From the NCBI GenBank assembly GCA_965217585.1, contig OZ244561.1, positions 5,152,001-5,216,000 on the forward strand: DNA of 64,000 nucleotides. Direction: 5' to 3'. A model generated the notes under the pieces. It saw only the letters and a program-made list of their open reading frames with translations, was not told where the DNA came from and did no database searches. A program made the translations under genes and the position numbers. The stretch comes from Candidatus Latescibacterota bacterium (GTDB taxonomy: Bacteria; Latescibacterota; UBA2968; UBA8231). Below, piece by piece: positions 17,874-26,722 of the stretch (position 1 is its first letter; the number at the start of each line of letters is the position of its first letter).

Positions 17874-18623
17874 TCAAGCAGTGCGCCGCTTGTACGCGAG
17901 AGCCAAGCCGCGGAGAACGAGGTCTGGATCGCAAGTGTGAACCGCGGCGATATGCGGTTGGAGCAGTAGGCCATCGCCGCCGGTGAGAAAGATCGCGACG
18001 GGGTTGTCTAAGGCCGCAGCCATGCGTGCGCAGAGGCCCTCGACGAGCGCGGCCGACCCGTGCAGTGCCCCCGAGCACAGGCCGTCCGTGGTGTTCTTGC
18101 CTAGCAGAGGCGTTGTGGCAGCTAACTCGACTTGGGGCAAGAAGCTGGTGCCCGCGCTGAGGGCGTTTAATCCGAGGCGCAGCCCCGGGGCGATAGCGCC
18201 GCCGCGGAAGGTGCCCTCGGCGTCGATGGCATCGACCGTTAGCGCGGTGCCGGCATCGACGACCACGGCCGCCCGGCCGGCCGGGGTTGCACGATGGGCA
18301 GCCGCGGCTGCGGCGAGGCGGTCAACGCCAATCCGAGCGGGGTCGTCGTAGTCGATGCGCAGGCCCCAATCCCATGTGCTGCGCGCTTGGAGGACGGGGC
18401 CGGAAGAGAGGCCGCGACATGCCTCTGCGTACGCAGCCCCCAATTCCGCGACGACCGACCCGATGACCGCGCCGACCGGGGGTGCGGCAAGCGGTGCAAG
18501 CAGGCGTTGTAGGCCAACACGGGCCGTGGGGGCCGTGGGGCATTTATGGTGGAAAACGGGCGCGTCATCGGCCAAAAGACCGATGTCGATGCAGGTGTTG
18601 CCGATGTCGATAGCCAAGAGCAT
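17874..18623 (-). CDS. coaX: Type III pantothenate kinase
   Basis: LAIDIGNT, IGVDR, VDAGTALTVD, GGAIAPG, LTGGD. Confidence 0.93.
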   Translation of the reverse strand: MLLAIDIGNTCIDIGLLADDAPVFHHKCPTAPTARVGLQRLLAPLAAPPVGAVIGSVVAELGAAYAEACRGLSSGPVLQARSTWDWGLRIDYDDPARIGVDRLAAAAAAHRATPAGRAAVVVDAGTALTVDAIDAEGTFRGGAIAPGLRLGLNALSAGTSFLPQVELAATTPLLGKNTTDGLCSGALHGSAALVEGLCARMAAALDNPVAIFLTGGDGLLLQPHIAAVHTCDPDLVLRGLALAYKRRTA

Positions 18624-18638
18624 GGGGGAATTTGGCGA

Positions 18639-18667
18639 TTGACTTTCCGCCGTGGCGTCTATAACTT
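18639..18667 (+). promoter_or_regulatory. Predicted promoter for M23 gene (TTGACT-17-TAACTT)
   Basis: -35/-10-like hexamers in divergent intergenic region. Confidence 0.4.
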
Positions 18668-18743
18668 AGCTACGTTTAACTCAAACAATATCCAATACCT
18701 ACGTCTCAAAAGTTGCTAGCAGCCCAGAGGGATAATAGCGAAT

Positions 18744-19751
18744 ATGTTGGGTAAGCGCAGTACTTTTATCGTCATCTCCCCCCGCGATGGTCAGATTCGC
18801 GAGTACGGCTTTTTCCCCCGCGTCTTATGGCTGATTCTGCTGGGGGGATTGGGTTTTGTGGGGGTGCTTGGTCACTACACCTACGCACAGGGTTTTTATC
18901 AGCCGGGCGATCAGAAAGCGCTGCTGGCCTTGCAGGACGAAAACAAAAACCTCCTGCACAGCTTAGAGCAGACCCGCGAGGAAGTGCAGCAGCTCGGGGA
19001 GGCGATGGATCAGCTCAAGGCCACTGAAGATAGGCTGCGCGCCCATCACGAGATGGAGCCGCTCGCCGCGGATGGGGCGTCGGGTGGTGTTGGGGGTGTG
19101 GAAGATTTGTCCGAGGAGTTCACGTCCTTGCCGCCCCAAAAGCAGATGATGATGAGCGAGTTGAGCGTGCGCCTCGACCACCTGAAGCGGATGGTCAATC
19201 TACAGGCCGAGAGCTTTGAGGAAATCGAGCGCAAATTCGAAGAGACCAACGTCCAATACTTGCCCACAATTTCACCAGTTCACGGGGGGAGGACGTGGCG
19301 GTCGTCGTCCTTTGGATGGCGCATCGACCCCTTTACCGGACGGCGGGCCTTCCACAGCGGCGTCGATTTGGCCGGCCGCAGGGGTATGCCCATCTACGCG
19401 ACGGCCGATGGCTTTGTAAGCTACGCCGCGAAGGATAAATACCTCGGCGATACGATTATTATCGATCATCGGAAAAAGGAACTCGACGAGCAGGGCCAGC
19501 CTTATGCACGCCAGGGCGGCTATCAGACCGAATACGGCCATTTGGACAAAATCTTGGTCAAGCAGGGGCAGCAGGTGAGGCGTGGGCAGCAGATCGGGGC
19601 CATGGGTAGCACGGGCCGCTCGACCGGCCCCCACTTGCACTATGCGGTGCGCTTGCGGGACCACCAGTTGGGCAAGCACCGAGGATACCAAAATCCAGAA
19701 GACTTCATATTCGACAACCGTGAGGGCGATATGTGGGCCGTAGGAGAGTGA
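18744..19751 (+). CDS. M23 family metallopeptidase with N-terminal TM and coiled coil
   Basis: HSGVD (HxxxD), YGHL, STGRSTGPHLHY (HxH). Confidence 0.93.
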   Translation: MLGKRSTFIVISPRDGQIREYGFFPRVLWLILLGGLGFVGVLGHYTYAQGFYQPGDQKALLALQDENKNLLHSLEQTREEVQQLGEAMDQLKATEDRLRAHHEMEPLAADGASGGVGGVEDLSEEFTSLPPQKQMMMSELSVRLDHLKRMVNLQAESFEEIERKFEETNVQYLPTISPVHGGRTWRSSSFGWRIDPFTGRRAFHSGVDLAGRRGMPIYATADGFVSYAAKDKYLGDTIIIDHRKKELDEQGQPYARQGGYQTEYGHLDKILVKQGQQVRRGQQIGAMGSTGRSTGPHLHYAVRLRDHQLGKHRGYQNPEDFIFDNREGDMWAVGE

Positions 19752-19864
19752 GTTAAACGCTTCACTCGCCGATCGCACGGTCGGAGCCAATTTCCACCAA
19801 GCATATCGAGACCGGTCCGCAGCTAGCGAGCGCGGGCCGGTCTCTTTTTTAGGAGCACAACCAC

Positions 19865-20434
19865 ATGAGTACACCTATTGAAGGCAAGGTAGCCGCCATT
19901 ATCGACGACACAACCTTGGTACTCAACGTCGGTAGCGAGCAGGGCGTCCAGGAGGGAATGGCCTTTGCCATTTTCGCCTCGCACGGAGAGATCGAGGACC
20001 CTGACAGCGGGCAGCCGCTGGGTCGCTGGGAAGCGGTCAAGGCGCGGGTGGTCGCCACCCACGTGCAGGAACGCCTGTGTACAGTGCGTGCTCCGGTCGT
20101 CGGCGAGGTGCCGGTGGTAGGCGATACCCGGCCGTTGAGCACGATGATGGTTGAGCACTCGGTGGCCCGTGCCCCAGGCGAAGATCAGTGGCAGCGGTTG
20201 GAGGTGCGGGGAGCCGATGTCCGGGGGCGGCCCCAGAACCAGCCCATTGCCGTGGGCGACGGAGCGCGGTCGCTGGCAGCGGTCGAGGACGATGCGAGTA
20301 AGCCAGCCGAGGACGATGCGAGTAAGCCAGCCGAGGACGATGCGAGTAAGCCAGCCGAGGACAATGCGAGTAAGCCAGCCGAGGACGATGCGAGTAAGCC
20401 AGCCGAGGACAATGCGAGTAAGCCAGCCGATTAG
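19865..20434 (+). CDS. Hypothetical protein, FlgT C-terminal-like beta domain plus EDDASKPA repeat tail
   Basis: LVLNVGSEQGVQEG...IEDPDSG..LG; AGGAG RBS. Confidence 0.65.
   Translation: MSTPIEGKVAAIIDDTTLVLNVGSEQGVQEGMAFAIFASHGEIEDPDSGQPLGRWEAVKARVVATHVQERLCTVRAPVVGEVPVVGDTRPLSTMMVEHSVARAPGEDQWQRLEVRGADVRGRPQNQPIAVGDGARSLAAVEDDASKPAEDDASKPAEDDASKPAEDNASKPAEDDASKPAEDNASKPAD
20285..20430 (+). repeat. 24-bp tandem repeat x6 (GAGGACRATGCGAGTAAGCCAGCC)
   Basis: Directly visible; copies 4 and 6 carry AAT instead of GAT; no spacers. Confidence 0.97.
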
Positions 20435-20912
20435 GGCTGCGCTGGCCGCGCTCTGCATCGGGGGCTGCGCTTACTACTCGACCTCTGGCGGTCTACTAGG
20501 GGGCATCCGCAGCATTGGCATCCCCGTGGCCGACAACCAAACCTCGGAGTTTGCTGTGGCCGAGCGCCTGACTGAACGTGCCATTGATGCCTACGCCGAG
20601 GACGGCCAGTTGCGAGTGGTTGACGAAGAGAGCGCCGATGCCCTCTTACAGCTCAACGTGATCTCGATTGAGGACCGCCCCTTTACCTATACGACGGCCG
20701 AGCAGACCGAGCAGTATCGGTTTACGGTCTTGGTAGCGGCCGAGTTGGTAAGGGTGGAGGATGGGGAGGTGTTGTTGGCGTTGGCCGAGCTAGAGGGATG
20801 GGGGACCTATGATGCCGCGTTGGCCGAGGAGGAGGGGCGGGATCCGGCGATGAAGCAGGCGTTGGACATGGTGCTAGAGGAATTGGTGGATCGGACGACG
20901 GCGGGGTGGTAG
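20412..20912 (+). CDS. lptE: LptE-family LPS-assembly lipoprotein
   Basis: Lipobox IGGC-AYY, IRSIGIP..DNQTSE, ADALLQ; start ATG lies in last repeat unit. Confidence 0.7.
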   Translation: MRVSQPIRAALAALCIGGCAYYSTSGGLLGGIRSIGIPVADNQTSEFAVAERLTERAIDAYAEDGQLRVVDEESADALLQLNVISIEDRPFTYTTAEQTEQYRFTVLVAAELVRVEDGEVLLALAELEGWGTYDAALAEEEGRDPAMKQALDMVLEELVDRTTAGW

Positions 20913-20944
20913 TCAGTCCCTTAGCGGCAAATCCCACGGCAAAA

Positions 20945-22639
20945 TCAATCAGCGTCCGTTTTCCTTCCCACTACAAAGATCACTGCGACAATCAGGCCTA
21001 ACCCCACGGCCAAACCAGTGGTCGGAGACCACAGCAGGGTGCTGCCCAAGTAGCCGCAAAGCCCGGCGATCGTCATCGTCGTCAGGGCGTAGGGTATTTG
21101 GGTGCGAACGTGGGCTAAGTGATCACAGGCGGCGGCAATGCTGGAGAGGACGGTGGTGTCGCTGATGGGGGAGCAATGGTCCCCGAAGATCGCGCCGTCC
21201 AATACGGCGGCGGCGACGAGGACCGTCAGCTCCAGACCGCCCAAGTCGTAGGCTACTGGGATCATGGTCGGCAACAGTACGGCCATAGTCGTCCACGAGG
21301 TGCCGATGGAGAAGGCGACCACCGCGGCAAGTAGGAAGACGAGGAGGGGGAGGAAGTACGGGTCGAGGAAGCCGGAGAGCGCACCGACGATATAGGCCGA
21401 AGTCTCGACGGCCTCGCAGGTTTCCTTGATCGCCCAGGCCAAGATCAATATCACCAGAGCATAGGAAAAGCCCGTAATGCCGCTCGCCCAGGTCTTGCAG
21501 ACTTCCACTAGGCCGAGCGGGCGTTTATGGCTTGCTTCTTCGCGGCGAGTTAGGGCCAAAATTGCTGCTAGTGCCGAGCCGGCTAAGGCCGATAGGAACA
21601 TCACTTTAGCTCCGTCGGCGTGGGAGAAAACTTGGACCCAGTAGAGCCGGGCGAAAAAGCCGTGTTCGGCGCGGGCGGTCACCACGGCCGGTGCTTGGCT
21701 AGCGTCTAGGTGCATCCCGCCGAGTACGCCAACGACGACGAGGAGGACAGGACCTACGGCCACGGCCCAATGGGCGCGGAGGCCGGGGTGCTCGGGGAGT
21801 TGGGATGCGTCGCCGGTCATCGGGCGGTCTCCCGGCGCGAGGACTTGGCCCGTTTGCCGGGCGCGGCGCTCGGCTTTGAGCATGGGGCCAAAATCGCGGC
21901 CGGCGACGGTGGAGCACAGCACAAAAGTTAGGGTTAGTAGGCAGTAGAAGCGGGCCGGCAGGGCGCGGAAGAACAGTTCGTAGCCGGAGATACCAGCGCC
22001 AACTTGCTCCATCGCGCTGTCGAACAGACCCACCTCAAAGCCGATCCAGGTGCTGACGAGGGCGATACCGGCCACGGGGGCAGCGGTGGAATCGACGAGA
22101 AAGGCCAATTTTTCGCGCGAGATGCGGAAGCGATCGGCGATGGGGCGCATGGTGGTGCCGACGACGAGCGTGTTGGCGTAATCGTCGAAGAAGACCGCCA
22201 ACCCCAAGAGCGCGGTGGCCAGCCGAGCCGAGCGCACACCGGCGGCCCGGGCGACTAGCAAGTCGGCAATGCCGCGGGTGCCGCCGGCCAGCGAGATGAC
22301 GCGCACCATGCCGATGAGGGAGGCGGTGAAGCCGAGGATGAAGAGTTGGAAGGAGTCGCGCAGCGGGGTCCAGACAAAATCTATGAGGGCGCGCTCTAAG
22401 CCGCGGAACGGGATCGCGTAGAGTGGGACATCTGCTGGCAGGGAAATGAGTGCACCGCCGACGATCGCCAATCCTAGCCCTAAGATCAGGCGGCCAGTGA
22501 CGACGGCGACGAGGATGGCTGCGGCTGGCGGAAAGAGGCTCAGTCCGCTCGTTGCGCCTTGGTCGGGCAGGAGCAGCGCGCCGAGCAGGGCCGCGCCGAG
22601 CGCTAGCAGTAGGCGGACAAAGGGAAAGGCGGAGCGCAC
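20945..22639 (-). CDS. Na+/H+ antiporter NhaC family protein
   Basis: FFDDYAN, SREKLAFLVDSTAAP, GTSW, FGDHCSPISDTT. Confidence 0.92.
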   Translation of the reverse strand: MRSAFPFVRLLLALGAALLGALLLPDQGATSGLSLFPPAAAILVAVVTGRLILGLGLAIVGGALISLPADVPLYAIPFRGLERALIDFVWTPLRDSFQLFILGFTASLIGMVRVISLAGGTRGIADLLVARAAGVRSARLATALLGLAVFFDDYANTLVVGTTMRPIADRFRISREKLAFLVDSTAAPVAGIALVSTWIGFEVGLFDSAMEQVGAGISGYELFFRALPARFYCLLTLTFVLCSTVAGRDFGPMLKAERRARQTGQVLAPGDRPMTGDASQLPEHPGLRAHWAVAVGPVLLVVVGVLGGMHLDASQAPAVVTARAEHGFFARLYWVQVFSHADGAKVMFLSALAGSALAAILALTRREEASHKRPLGLVEVCKTWASGITGFSYALVILILAWAIKETCEAVETSAYIVGALSGFLDPYFLPLLVFLLAAVVAFSIGTSWTTMAVLLPTMIPVAYDLGGLELTVLVAAAVLDGAIFGDHCSPISDTTVLSSIAAACDHLAHVRTQIPYALTTMTIAGLCGYLGSTLLWSPTTGLAVGLGLIVAVIFVVGRKTDAD

Positions 22640-22640
22640 C

Positions 22641-24515
22641 TTAGGCGTCTTGCGGCGGGGACTCGACCTCGCGGGCGGGGACGGTGGACATTTCCAGCTT
22701 AAAGGCCAGCAAATACATCATAAAACAGCCGATGATCCACCAAGCGATCTGCCATACCCACAGCGAGGGGATGCCCAAGGGCCAATGGGCGGGATCGGTC
22801 TGATTGCCGAGGACTGCAAAGGGGCCGATGGCACAGAGGAACCAAACTACCGTCAGAATCCAGACCGGCGTTTTCCATTTCTTTTTGGCCTCGGGCAGGG
22901 CCGTGTGCTCTTTGAGGAAGTGGTGGTAGCGATCGCGGTGGGTCAGGTGGCTGGCTTCCTTGGGCTGGGTGAAAAAACTGACGACAACGACAGTCCCCAT
23001 ATTAAAGAGAATGCCCCAACCGGCGCTGTGGAGTGTGAGCGGATAGCGGCCAATGCCGATGAGTCCGCCCAACTCGGTTATGTAGGTGAAGGTAACGGCG
23101 ATGAGTCCGGCGATGAGTCCGGCGACGATGCCCTTGGGGGTAAAGAAGCGGATGTAGCAGATGCCCAGCAGGGCCGGCCACATCTGTAATCCATAAGAAA
23201 CGGCCAACCCCCCCAGCAAGACGAGCAGGTCGCCGGAGGCTAGTCCGACTAGCAGGGCTAGGCTGACGACGATGGCTACGCTCAAACGGCCGACAAAGAC
23301 CTGAGCCGAGTGCGATGCCTCTTTGTTGAAGAAATGGCGGTAGAGGTCGCGGGTGATAATGCCGCTGGCGGTGGACATATAGGCGGCACCGGTCGATTGC
23401 ATCGCGGCTAGCGCGCAGACGGCCAAAAGCCCCAAGAGGAAGGGGAAGCTGTCGGCTAAGGTGTCGATCAGGTAGGGAACCAAGTGGTCGGATGCCGGCA
23501 GGCCGAGGGGCTTAGTCCCCGGGATCAGTTCCATATCGAGGAGCCGGACGCCTAAGCCTTGGAAGGCGGTAAAAAAGAATAAGATGCCGCCAATGACCAG
23601 GGAAGAGGCAAAAACCTGCTGCCAGGGAAAAGGCCGAGGATCGCGATTGGCAAAGGCCCACATCGAAAAGGCCGGTGCCGACTGGATGCCCATCAAGGCG
23701 AACATATAGGTCAGGATCATCAGGCCGGTCCAGGGGCCGCCCTGGGCGTCGAAAAACATGGTGCCGACCCGTTCGAGGAAGGAGTCTGACTCCGGCCGGG
23801 TCGGAATGGCGACCATATCGGGTTTTTGCTGGGCGAGGGTGGCCAACCCCCCCTTGAAGGCCGTCCAGCCGCCGACCAAATCGAGGGCAATAAAGCCGAG
23901 GACGACGATGCCGAAAGCGAGAAGGATGCACTGGGCGCAGTCCACGTAGGCGACCGAGCGCAACCCGCCGGATGCTACGTAGATAAAGACGATGACCGAA
24001 AGCACAATCGCCCCACCCTCGACCGAGCCGACGAAGCTGCCCTCCAGCGGAGTGCCGGTCGTCAGGCGGTTGAAAAGCAGGCCCGATGCCTTGAGCTGGA
24101 TGCCCAGATAGGGCACGCTGAAGACCAAGGCGACGATGACGGTGAGAAAGCGCATCGCATCCGTGCGATAGTAGTCGCTGAACATCTCGCCCGGGGTGAT
24201 ATAGCCGAAGCGCTGGCCCAAAAGCCACTGTCGCTTGAGGAACAACACCCCGGTGAAGGGGATGGTGATGGCGTAGAAGGAGGCAAAGGCGTAGGGCAAG
24301 CCGACGTTGTAGATGGTGCCAGGGTGGCCGACAAAGGTCCAGCCGCTAAAGGAGGTGGCAGTGGCGGCCAATACGAAGACCCACAGGCCAATGCCGCGGC
24401 CGGCGATAAAGTAATCCGAGGCCGTCTTAGCCCGGCGAGCGCCTTTGATGCCCCAGAAGATGCAGTAAGACCAGTAGCCAACGGTAAAGACCAGTAGCCA
24501 GACCAGCTTTTCCAT
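22641..24515 (-). CDS. Sodium:solute symporter family protein
   Basis: DYFIAGR, ATSFSGWTFVGHPG, GGLRSVAYVD, AAMQST. Confidence 0.92.
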   Translation of the reverse strand: MEKLVWLLVFTVGYWSYCIFWGIKGARRAKTASDYFIAGRGIGLWVFVLAATATSFSGWTFVGHPGTIYNVGLPYAFASFYAITIPFTGVLFLKRQWLLGQRFGYITPGEMFSDYYRTDAMRFLTVIVALVFSVPYLGIQLKASGLLFNRLTTGTPLEGSFVGSVEGGAIVLSVIVFIYVASGGLRSVAYVDCAQCILLAFGIVVLGFIALDLVGGWTAFKGGLATLAQQKPDMVAIPTRPESDSFLERVGTMFFDAQGGPWTGLMILTYMFALMGIQSAPAFSMWAFANRDPRPFPWQQVFASSLVIGGILFFFTAFQGLGVRLLDMELIPGTKPLGLPASDHLVPYLIDTLADSFPFLLGLLAVCALAAMQSTGAAYMSTASGIITRDLYRHFFNKEASHSAQVFVGRLSVAIVVSLALLVGLASGDLLVLLGGLAVSYGLQMWPALLGICYIRFFTPKGIVAGLIAGLIAVTFTYITELGGLIGIGRYPLTLHSAGWGILFNMGTVVVVSFFTQPKEASHLTHRDRYHHFLKEHTALPEAKKKWKTPVWILTVVWFLCAIGPFAVLGNQTDPAHWPLGIPSLWVWQIAWWIIGCFMMYLLAFKLEMSTVPAREVESPPQDA

Positions 24516-24518
24516 GAG

Positions 24519-25427
24519 TTAGTCGGAAAGCCCCAAGTCGAAGACCATGTTGGTGATCTTCCACGAGCCGGAGCGGCGGCTCAGCGTCCAGAACACGTAG
24601 CGTTCCTTGTGGTGTTTGGCCGGCCCTTTGACGTGCTCGACGGCCACTTTTTCGCGCGTGACGGCCAATGCTTCGTCGCCGGTAGGGCCTATGGCCGCGT
24701 GGAGGACTTTGCGGTCGAGCACGTACTGCACGTAGGGCAGCCGCTTGTCGAGCCACTTTTCCAGTTCCTCGCTGCCGCAGAAGGCGATTTTATAGGAGGC
24801 CGGTTTGAAAGCACCCAAGGCGTCGTAGCCCGTGAAGTTTGCGTCGAAGAAGCCGAGGATGCCGCTTCCCGCTTCCCACGCTTGGCTTTCGCGCTGCAAC
24901 AGCTCGGTGATCTCGCCGTTGGCGGGCGCGCCGGCTGTGGGCAAGAGCGTGTCACCCAAATCCGCGACCATGGCCGTGGCCAGCCAGTCGTCTTCTTCCT
25001 TGAGGAAGGTCCAGAAGCGGTGGATGGCAACCGGCGTGGCCTCGCTAGTCTGGCGATCGACGACGCGCCCGGAGTCCACGCTGGTGGCAATGGCGTGGGT
25101 TGTGCGCACCGCGATAAAGGGAACCGTGCGCGTGATCTCGTAGCGCCGGACGCTGAGATCCGCAGCTAGCTGGTCGGCGAACGCATCGCGGTTTTCGTAC
25201 AGGACCGTCCAAGCGCGAGGGTCGCCATTGGCGTGGCCCTGATAGGCGACGAAGTGCGGGTGGTACGCCTTGAGGGCCAGCTCGGCATCGGCCCGGCGAT
25301 ACCCGGAGATGTCGTTGGCGAGAGCTTGGCGGATGAGGAGGGTCTCGGGCGTTTCGCCGGCGCGGCTGGGCGCGGCAAACGGCGGCAGGGCCAAGAGTGC
25401 GAACAAGAAGCAGATTGCATTTTGCAT
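24519..25427 (-). CDS. Secreted protein with two NTF2/SnoaL-like domains
   Basis: Signal peptide; two halves ending FWTFLKEEDDWL and FWTLSRRSGSWKI. Confidence 0.6.
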   Translation of the reverse strand: MQNAICFLFALLALPPFAAPSRAGETPETLLIRQALANDISGYRRADAELALKAYHPHFVAYQGHANGDPRAWTVLYENRDAFADQLAADLSVRRYEITRTVPFIAVRTTHAIATSVDSGRVVDRQTSEATPVAIHRFWTFLKEEDDWLATAMVADLGDTLLPTAGAPANGEITELLQRESQAWEAGSGILGFFDANFTGYDALGAFKPASYKIAFCGSEELEKWLDKRLPYVQYVLDRKVLHAAIGPTGDEALAVTREKVAVEHVKGPAKHHKERYVFWTLSRRSGSWKITNMVFDLGLSD

Positions 25428-25447
25428 GGCGCGAAAGGGGGTTAGAG

Positions 25448-26662
25448 TCAACTCGATCCGAGCTGACCTAAGGCCCACTCGGCGTAGTAGGAGACGGTGG
25501 CGTCGCTGTCGCGGCGCAATTTTTCTAGCTGAGCGCGGCTTTGGACATCGCCGATTTGGCCGAGGGCAATGGCCGCATTGGCGCGCACATCGGCGACTTC
25601 GTCCATGGTGGCCGCCAGCAGGGCGCTGAGGGCAGACTGCACTCGTGCTTGGCCCAAGACTTGGGCCGCGCCCGCGCGGGCGAGCGGATCCTCGGCGTTG
25701 AGGGCGGCTATAAGCTGGGCTTGGACCGCGCCGGATTGTTGCTGGACGCGGGTGAGGAACTTGACGGCATTGGCGCGGAGGATGGAGTCGGTATTACGCA
25801 GGGCCTCAAAGAGGAACTCAATGCCTTGGCTGCGCCCCATGGTGGCTAGGGCGGCAGCCGTGCTAAAGCGCACTTGATTGCTGGGGTCTGTCAGCAGGCC
25901 GGTAAGGGCGACCGCCGCGCCTTCGTCGCCGATGTAGCCGAGGGCTTGTGCAGCGCGCTGGCGGTGGACTGGCTCTTCGGCCTCTAACAGGGCGATGAGC
26001 TGGTCTTTGACCCTGGCTATCACCGAGCGCAGCTCGCTTTGGTGAGGGCCGGCGCGGATGCTCAGCTCCACGAGCAGCGGGACTCCGAAGTAGCCGGCTT
26101 CCTCTAGCCCTTGCAAGGCGGTTTGGGCTAACTCCGGGTCGCTGCCGGTTAGGGCTGCTTCGATTTCGCTGGTGCCGAGCTCGTCGTCCATTTTAAGCAG
26201 GGCAATGGCCGCGTGAATGCGGATGATGGGGTCGGGGTCGTCGAGCTGGACTTTGGCTGCATCCACGCCCTCTTGGACGTAGCCGACTTGGCCCATGGCC
26301 CACAGGCAAGCGATGCGCTCGCGGTCGGTGTAAGCGGTTGTGATCCGATCCTTGAGCGCGGCCGTGGCTCCGCGCGGCTTGATGTGGCCTAAGGCTAGGG
26401 CACAGCCGATGCGGAGCTTTTCCTGCTCATCGCGGAATTCCCGGTAGTTTTCGCCGAGGTACAGGTCGGGGTTGAGGCGGGCGATGAGTTGGCGGGCAGC
26501 CGGCCGGCCAATGGCGGCCAACTCGTCGATGGATTGCTGATAGGCGGGCGAATCTACCGGATTGGCAGCCATCTGTTCTAGGAGCTCGACGACCTGTTCT
26601 TCGGTGGTGCTACAGGCGCTGAGACCCAATAGGAGCAGGCAGGTTAGGCGCTTGGCAGTCAT
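25448..26662 (-). CDS. HEAT-repeat lipoprotein
   Basis: Lipobox LSAC; repeated R..AA.ALG motifs. Confidence 0.85.
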   Translation of the reverse strand: MTAKRLTCLLLLGLSACSTTEEQVVELLEQMAANPVDSPAYQQSIDELAAIGRPAARQLIARLNPDLYLGENYREFRDEQEKLRIGCALALGHIKPRGATAALKDRITTAYTDRERIACLWAMGQVGYVQEGVDAAKVQLDDPDPIIRIHAAIALLKMDDELGTSEIEAALTGSDPELAQTALQGLEEAGYFGVPLLVELSIRAGPHQSELRSVIARVKDQLIALLEAEEPVHRQRAAQALGYIGDEGAAVALTGLLTDPSNQVRFSTAAALATMGRSQGIEFLFEALRNTDSILRANAVKFLTRVQQQSGAVQAQLIAALNAEDPLARAGAAQVLGQARVQSALSALLAATMDEVADVRANAAIALGQIGDVQSRAQLEKLRRDSDATVSYYAEWALGQLGSS

Positions 26663-26722
26663 GGTATATGAGGGGTTAGAGGTGGCGGAATGCGGATAAG
26701 GTAAGCCGTGAGACGCCATAAA

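Noticed and set aside
17803-18078. Longer N-terminus for the S41 protease as in the ORF track
   Set aside because: Overlaps coaX; an RBS, TTG start and signal peptide are present at 17802
20285-20430. CRISPR array
   Set aside because: Units are contiguous with no unique spacers, lie in coding sequence, and no cas genes are present
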